NCBI GenBank assembly: GCA_964567945.1
Contig: CAZMOS010000002.1
Location: 6,664-70,663, forward strand
From: an uncultured Lentimicrobiaceae bacterium
Lineage (GTDB): Bacteria; Bacteroidota; Bacteroidia; Bacteroidales; F082
DNA length: 64,000 bases
Direction of reading: 5' to 3'
Positions 59,174 through 64,000 of this stretch are shown piece by piece. The notes below the pieces were generated by a model that did no database searches, was not told where the DNA came from, and was given only the letters and a program-made list of their open reading frames with translations. Position 1 is the first letter of the stretch; every line of letters begins with the position of its first letter. The position numbers and the translations under genes are program-made.

Positions 59174-59438
59174 ATTATACGGATTTTGAATATGCGGGTA
59201 AAGATAGGGAAAAAGATATAAAAAAATACGCTGATGACTGAAAGATACACCCAGCCAGAACCCAACCTAACCCAGCCCTAAAGGACTGGGAAACTGATGT
59301 GATGTATAATGAATGCTATGAAACACATCAGTAACCCACGGCTTCAGCCGTGGGGTTATGATGATTTACCTGTTCTGTAAAACAGGAAGCAGAAAATTCG
59401 CATCAGAATACTTATCTTTGACGAAAAATCAAAAACCT

Positions 59439-59816
59439 ATGAAAAAGATTATTCATACAGCCAAAGCTCCGGCAGCTATCGGGCCATACAGCCAGGCCGT
59501 GGAAGCCGGGGGAATGTTATTCATTTCGGGACAAATACCCATAAATCCGGAAACAGGAAAAGTTATAGAAGGAAATATCACCGAACAAACCGAACAGGTT
59601 ATGAAAAACATCGGCGCTATTCTTGAGAAAGCCGGATACGGTTTTTCGGACGTTATTAAATCCACCTGCCTGTTGAGCGACATGGGCAACTTCAAAGCAA
59701 TGAACGAAGTTTACGGAAAATATTATCCGGAAGACCCGCCGGCCAGAGCAGCATTTGCAGTGAAAGAGTTGCCGCTCGGTGTTTTAATTGAGATAGAAAC
59801 TATTGCGGTGAAATAG
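59439..59816 (+). CDS. ridA: RidA-family reactive enamine/imine deaminase (YjgF/L-PSP)
   Basis: MKKIIHTAKAPAAIGPYSQAVEAGGMLFISGQIPINPETG...ARAAFAVKELPLGVLIEIE. I moved the start to the ATG at 59439. Confidence 0.92.
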   Translation: MKKIIHTAKAPAAIGPYSQAVEAGGMLFISGQIPINPETGKVIEGNITEQTEQVMKNIGAILEKAGYGFSDVIKSTCLLSDMGNFKAMNEVYGKYYPEDPPARAAFAVKELPLGVLIEIETIAVK

Positions 59817-59902
59817 AGTTGTGTGTTGTTGATTGAGAATTACTATTAACTATTTTCCATTAACCATTTACCATTAACTCCTTCCTCCATAATACATAAC
59901 GC

Positions 59903-60469
59903 TCAACTCCCAATCCAGTTCCCGATCATCTCCTGCCCGTATTCTGTCATAACCGATTCGGGATGAAACTGCAATCCGGTAAGATCGTATTGGCGATGCC
60001 TGAAGGCCATGATCAGTCCGTTCTCATCTTTCATTGTCGCTTCCAGTTCTCCGGGCATACTTTCTTTTTCAATGATCCACGAGTGATAATGTCCGATATA
60101 AAAATCTTCAGGCAATCCTTCAAAAATTCCCTCTCTGACCAGCACTTTCCCTTTGTTGCGCAAGCCGTGCATCGGCTCGTGCAAACGGACAAGTTTTCCT
60201 CCACACAACTGGGCAATGGCTTCGTAACCCAGGCAAATTCCAAGAAAACATTTATCTTTCAGATGTTTTTCAACAAACGGTAAAAGGTACCCCGCTTCAG
60301 AAGCTATCCCCGGACCCGGAGAGATGAGTACTTTGTCAAATACCCGGGTATCAATGTCAAACAAACGGTCATTTTTTATTAACCGGTAATCATAGGTGCC
60401 ACAATGCTCAACCAATTGCACAAGATTATAGGTAAACGAATCGTAGTTATCAATGATCAGGAGTTTCAT
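59903..60469 (-). CDS. pabA: Aminodeoxychorismate/anthranilate synthase component II (class I glutamine amidotransferase)
   Basis: MKLLIIDNYDSFTYNLVQL, GICLGYEA (nucleophile Cys) and QFHPES. The divergent chorismate-binding gene nearby suggests PabA rather than TrpG. Confidence 0.85.
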   Translation of the reverse strand: MKLLIIDNYDSFTYNLVQLVEHCGTYDYRLIKNDRLFDIDTRVFDKVLISPGPGIASEAGYLLPFVEKHLKDKCFLGICLGYEAIAQLCGGKLVRLHEPMHGLRNKGKVLVREGIFEGLPEDFYIGHYHSWIIEKESMPGELEATMKDENGLIMAFRHRQYDLTGLQFHPESVMTEYGQEMIGNWIGS

Positions 60470-62199
60470 CCCTGTTGTTTTTGTCTTTCAGTTTTTGAAG
60501 CTTTGGAAAAGGTGATTATGCTTTCCACCAGTATCCAGGCTGCCAGGATAAAAATAACAGCGTTTACCACAATGAGCAATACATTCTGGTGCTTATCAAA
60601 GATATCCTGATTGATCAGTGTGGCCCAGAAAATGCTGATCGCCATAAAAATCGCCGGAATTCCGCTGATCAGCCATTTCCACCCGTTTTTCCGTTTCAGA
60701 TAAATCGTGATAACCAGCAAAGAAATGGCTGCCAGTATCTGGTTGACAGCTCCGAACAACGGCCAGAGCTTCAAGGCCCCTTTCCCGTCGGCTCCTGTGA
60801 CAAAAGCCAGGGCAAGTGCTGAAAGTACAGCCAGGGCAGTTGTGAAATAGCGGTCTTTCAGGAGTTTTATTTTTGTTCCTTCAAATAATTCCGTGAGCAC
60901 ATAACGTTGTACGCGGGTACCGGTGTCCAGGGTAGTTCCTGCAAAGGAAGCCACAAAAACGCCCATGATGACAATAGAAATACCAGGTGGTATTCCGATG
61001 GTATCAATCATATTGGCAGCGCCGTTCACAAAAGCCTGCAACTTGGATCCCAATCCCTGTGCAGCCGTCCATGAAGCATAATGTGCCGACCATGCGTGTG
61101 TACCCGTGAGTATCTCTCCTGCATTATCCTTAAATCCCATACCTATCCCTGCAGCTACGGCAATAAGCACCAGAGTGGCTAGGGCTCCTTCGGTCAGCAT
61201 TCCTCCGTAACCTACAAACAGCGAATCTTTTTCGTTCATCACCTGTTTGGAAGAAGTTCCCGAAGCCACAAGTGAATGAAAGCCCGACACGGCACCGCAA
61301 GCAATGGTGATAAACAAAAACGGGATCAATGGCGGGGCATCCTTAACATGAACATGAATCGCGGGAGCCGCCATGCGCAATTCACCCATGAATGAGGCCG
61401 CAATAACGCCAAGCGACATTAACAGCATGGCAAATATCAGTTGATAAGTGTTGATGAAGTCGCGGGGCTGAAGCAATGTTTTTACAGGTAGAACGGAAGC
61501 CACAAAAGCATAGATCAGTAAAACGATCGTCCAGACACCGGTGGGCGGAATACCCGCAATAACGGGTATTTCGATGGGTAAATAATAGCCGAGAACTACC
61601 GTAAAATACATCAGGATAACGGCGTAAATGCTCCATTTCCACATGTTTTTTCCTTTTTGGTAGATCAGCCATCCCAGGGTAACGGCGATGGGTATCTGCA
61701 TCCACACCGGAAATACCGAGGCGGGAAACATTTTAAAGATCACGGCAATCACCAGCCCGAAAACAGCGATCAGTATCCAAAGCTCAAGGAATACAATGAT
61801 AAAAAACAAAAAACGTATTCTCCGGTTGATGGTTTTTCCTGCTATGTCGGCAATGGATTTCCCCTGGTTACGCATGGAGAGGATCAATACGCCGAAATCA
61901 TGGACAGCTCCGATAAAAATGCTGCCTAAAAAAATCCAGAGGATGGCCGGTACCCATCCCCAGATCACGGCAATGGCAGGTCCTACGATCGGCCCGGTTC
62001 CGGCAATGGAAGCAAAATGATGACCGAATATGATCTCTTTCCGGGTGGGCTGGTAATCAACGCCGTCCTGCATGGAAATGGAAGGGGGAACCCTGTGTTC
62101 ATCTAGTTTGAATATCCATTTGCTGATGTACTTTCCATATAAACGGTACATCAGGATATACCCGAAAAATACAATTACCATTAAAATGAGTGCGGACAT
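60466..62199 (-). CDS. cstA: Carbon starvation protein CstA family transporter
   Basis: GHHFASIAGTGPIVGPAIAVIWGWVPAILWIFLGSIFIGAVHDFG plus more than 14 TM helices. There is a 4-nt overlap with pabA. Confidence 0.92.
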   Translation of the reverse strand: MSALILMVIVFFGYILMYRLYGKYISKWIFKLDEHRVPPSISMQDGVDYQPTRKEIIFGHHFASIAGTGPIVGPAIAVIWGWVPAILWIFLGSIFIGAVHDFGVLILSMRNQGKSIADIAGKTINRRIRFLFFIIVFLELWILIAVFGLVIAVIFKMFPASVFPVWMQIPIAVTLGWLIYQKGKNMWKWSIYAVILMYFTVVLGYYLPIEIPVIAGIPPTGVWTIVLLIYAFVASVLPVKTLLQPRDFINTYQLIFAMLLMSLGVIAASFMGELRMAAPAIHVHVKDAPPLIPFLFITIACGAVSGFHSLVASGTSSKQVMNEKDSLFVGYGGMLTEGALATLVLIAVAAGIGMGFKDNAGEILTGTHAWSAHYASWTAAQGLGSKLQAFVNGAANMIDTIGIPPGISIVIMGVFVASFAGTTLDTGTRVQRYVLTELFEGTKIKLLKDRYFTTALAVLSALALAFVTGADGKGALKLWPLFGAVNQILAAISLLVITIYLKRKNGWKWLISGIPAIFMAISIFWATLINQDIFDKHQNVLLIVVNAVIFILAAWILVESIITFSKASKTERQKQQG

Positions 62200-62310
62200 G
62201 GCCTGAAAATTTTCGCTAAATTCGGAAATTTGGAAGTAACTCCGGGCGTTTAAAACAAAAATAATAATGCTTTAAAAATCATTTTCCAAAATAGTGTTAA
62301 CGGTTTGTTT

Positions 62311-62318
62311 TAAGTTTG
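62311..62318 (+). promoter_or_regulatory. -7 box TAAGTTTG (pabB promoter)
   Basis: TAnnTTTG match 23 nt upstream of the ATG at 62341. Confidence 0.45.
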
Positions 62319-62340
62319 TACCTAACAGAAACAAAAGTTT

Positions 62341-63306
62341 ATGTTATCACAGACCGTTCAAAAGATCAACCAACTGGGAAAGGAAAAAATTCCTTTTCTG
62401 TTTATTGTGGATTACAATATGCTGAATCCGGTTGTTGTACCTTTAACGGAAGTTGATCCTGAAGAAATTTTGTATGCGGTCAACCTGAAGACAAATGTCC
62501 CCGGATTTGATCCGGTGAAGAAAAAACCCGTTATCAGCGCCCGGCCCGTTTCGTTTGAGAAATACAGTGAAGCTTTTCATTTTGTTCAGAAGCATATTCA
62601 TCACGGTAATTCTTTTTTGCTGAACCTGACCTTCCCGGCAGGAATAGAAACCAATTATACGCTGAAAGAGATATTTTATCAAAGCAGGGCAAAATTCAGA
62701 CTTTGGTATCAGGACCGGTTTGTGGTCTTTTCACCGGAAACATTTGTACAGATCAAAGGCCGGAAGATCAGCTCATTCCCTATGAAAGGAACCACGGACG
62801 CCACCCTACCGGATGCTGAAAACCGTTTGCTTAACAGCAAAAAAGAGCTGGCCGAACACTATACCATTGCGGACCTTATCCGGAACGATTTGAGTATGGT
62901 AGCCAAAAAAGTGAAAGTAGAGAAATTCAGAAACATCGAAAAGATCAAAACACACCGGGGGGAATTACTCCAGATGAGTTCGGTCATTACGGGTACATTG
63001 CCTGAAAACTACCGGGAACAACTGGGATATGTTTTATCTAAGCTTTTACCGGCAGGATCAATATCGGGTGCGCCGAAACAGAAAACCCTGGAGATTATCC
63101 GTGAAGCCGAACAATATGACCGGGGATATTATACCGGTATTTTCGGTATATTCGACGGGGAAACCCTGGACAGCGGAGTAATGATCCGGTTCATTGAAAG
63201 AACACCCGAAGGGCTGGTTTACAAAAGCGGAGGAGGAATTACGGCAAAAAGCAATTGCGAAGAAGAATACCGCGAGTTGACTGATAAAATTTACATCCCT
63301 GTTTGA
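62341..63306 (+). CDS. pabB: Aminodeoxychorismate synthase component I (short chorismate-binding form)
   Basis: Chorismate-binding core: SPETFVQIKG..ISSFPMKGT, ELAEHYTIADLIRNDL, LLPAGSISGAPK, RGYYTGIFG and GGGIT. Confidence 0.85.
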   Translation: MLSQTVQKINQLGKEKIPFLFIVDYNMLNPVVVPLTEVDPEEILYAVNLKTNVPGFDPVKKKPVISARPVSFEKYSEAFHFVQKHIHHGNSFLLNLTFPAGIETNYTLKEIFYQSRAKFRLWYQDRFVVFSPETFVQIKGRKISSFPMKGTTDATLPDAENRLLNSKKELAEHYTIADLIRNDLSMVAKKVKVEKFRNIEKIKTHRGELLQMSSVITGTLPENYREQLGYVLSKLLPAGSISGAPKQKTLEIIREAEQYDRGYYTGIFGIFDGETLDSGVMIRFIERTPEGLVYKSGGGITAKSNCEEEYRELTDKIYIPV

Positions 63307-63320
63307 TCACCTGTTCACCC

Positions 63321-63343
63321 GCTTTGAGCGTCACGCTCAAAGC
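63321..63343 (+). terminator. Hairpin after pabB (possible terminator)
   Basis: GCTTTGAGCG-tca-CGCTCAAAGC is a perfect 10-bp stem 15 nt after the stop. It is followed by the interrupted T-run AGTTTCTTTATC. Confidence 0.5.
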
Positions 63344-63429
63344 AGTTTCTTTATCAATGGTTCACAGACTTTTTTCTTCCCGGCGGGAATATGATAACTA
63401 CCGTGAACCTGCCGGAAGAGGCGCCCCCT

Positions 63430-63484
63430 GACCCGCTGAACGGGCTACAGGGTAGGGTTTGTGGGCAGGAGCTTTCAGCGGGTC
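63430..63484 (-). repeat. Intergenic repeat family A, copy 2 (loop inverted relative to copy 1)
   Basis: The same 11-bp stem GACCCGCTGAA / TTCAGCGGGTC is present. The reverse complement of its 33-nt loop (AGCTCCTGCCCACAAACCCTACCCTGTAGCCCG) aligns with the loop of 23168-23221. Confidence 0.75.
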
Positions 63485-63587
63485 GAGAAAAGGGCTCTAT
63501 TTGAAAATGAAGTTTATTTTTACCCCAGCACCAGCCTGCCTGTCATCCTTCGGCTGGTAAATCGGCAGACAGGTCTCTCTAAAGCGT

Positions 63588-63611
63588 AAGGCCGGGCGGG
63601 AAGACTGGCGC
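63588..63611 (+). repeat. Intergenic repeat family C, copy 2
   Basis: AAGGCCGGGCGGGAAGACTGGCGC matches 26838-26861 at 22 of 24 positions. Confidence 0.7.
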
Positions 63612-63653
63612 AAAAAGGGGTAGATTCGGACAAGCAACAATAGTTCGTTGTTT

Positions 63654-64000
63654 TTATTTTTGCTTCACCCATTTTCCCGACTCAAGCATTTGTTTACCAT
63701 CATTTAAAGTCCAATTATAAATACCGGCAGGCAGGCGAGACATATTGAACCGGCTGATTAATTGCTCAATTTTCTGCCTGATTACCGGCTTCCCTTGCAT
63801 ATCGAACATCACAAAGGTTGTATTGTGTAAAGCCGTGCGGAGGTAAAGTGCATTCCCACCCGGGTTGGGATATACAATGGCTTTTTTAATAGTTACTCCT
63901 GTTTGTATTTCTTCATTTCCGACAATTATACCCTCCGGGTTCAGTTTCATAATGATGGCCTTTTTTCTTGCTACCGGTTCCCAGTAGTCGTAACGTGTTC
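63654..64000 (-). CDS. C-terminal end of a T9SS-secreted protein (type A sorting domain); N-terminus lies beyond the window end
   Basis: The track ORF contains VYPNPGGNALYLRT...GIYNWTLNDGKQMLESGKWVKQK, a T9SS C-terminal sorting domain pattern. The frame stays open upstream of the listed Met (..TRYDYWEPVARKKAII-MKLN..) to position 64000. Confidence 0.75.
   Translation of the reverse strand, partial: TRYDYWEPVARKKAIIMKLNPEGIIVGNEEIQTGVTIKKAIVYPNPGGNALYLRTALHNTTFVMFDMQGKPVIRQKIEQLISRFNMSRLPAGIYNWTLNDGKQMLESGKWVKQK

Overview
This window is a chromosomal segment from a Bacteroidota bacterium. Three things support that call: a porP-gldK-gldL-gldM-gldN type IX secretion/gliding operon, proteins with T9SS C-terminal sorting domains, and TAnnTTTG -7 promoter boxes 20-30 nt upstream of many starts. 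Most of the window is housekeeping. It holds recG, pheT, an orphan sigma-54 activator followed by lptE-like/secG/groES/groEL, class II HMG-CoA reductase with a GYDIA kinase, and adenine deaminase. It also holds gpmA, two tandem ClC channel paralogs, a PTPS-type pterin synthase with folE, fabD, a GH2 beta-mannosidase, an OstA-like/MlaD/amidase/LptD envelope cluster, a 1275-aa PKD/GEVED T9SS cargo protein, an acyl-CoA dehydrogenase, ridA, cstA-pabA and pabB. There is one tRNA-Ala(GGC). I found no rRNA, CRISPR array, transposase, integrase or recognisable defence genes. Two observations stand out. (1) A tightly coupled gatE-gatD operon (43697-47031) encodes the archaeal-type Glu-tRNA(Gln) amidotransferase, which is unexpected in a bacterium. 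(2) Nearly every long intergenic spacer is filled with short GC-rich hairpin modules, several of which form multi-copy families shared between distant spacers. One pair brackets the mannosidase gene, and one 570-bp spacer is built almost entirely from them. Two gene remnants are also present: an outer-membrane beta-barrel C-terminus and an HTH antitoxin-like tail with an in-frame stop. All protein calls rest on my reading of the supplied translations and on remembered family motifs. No database search was run.
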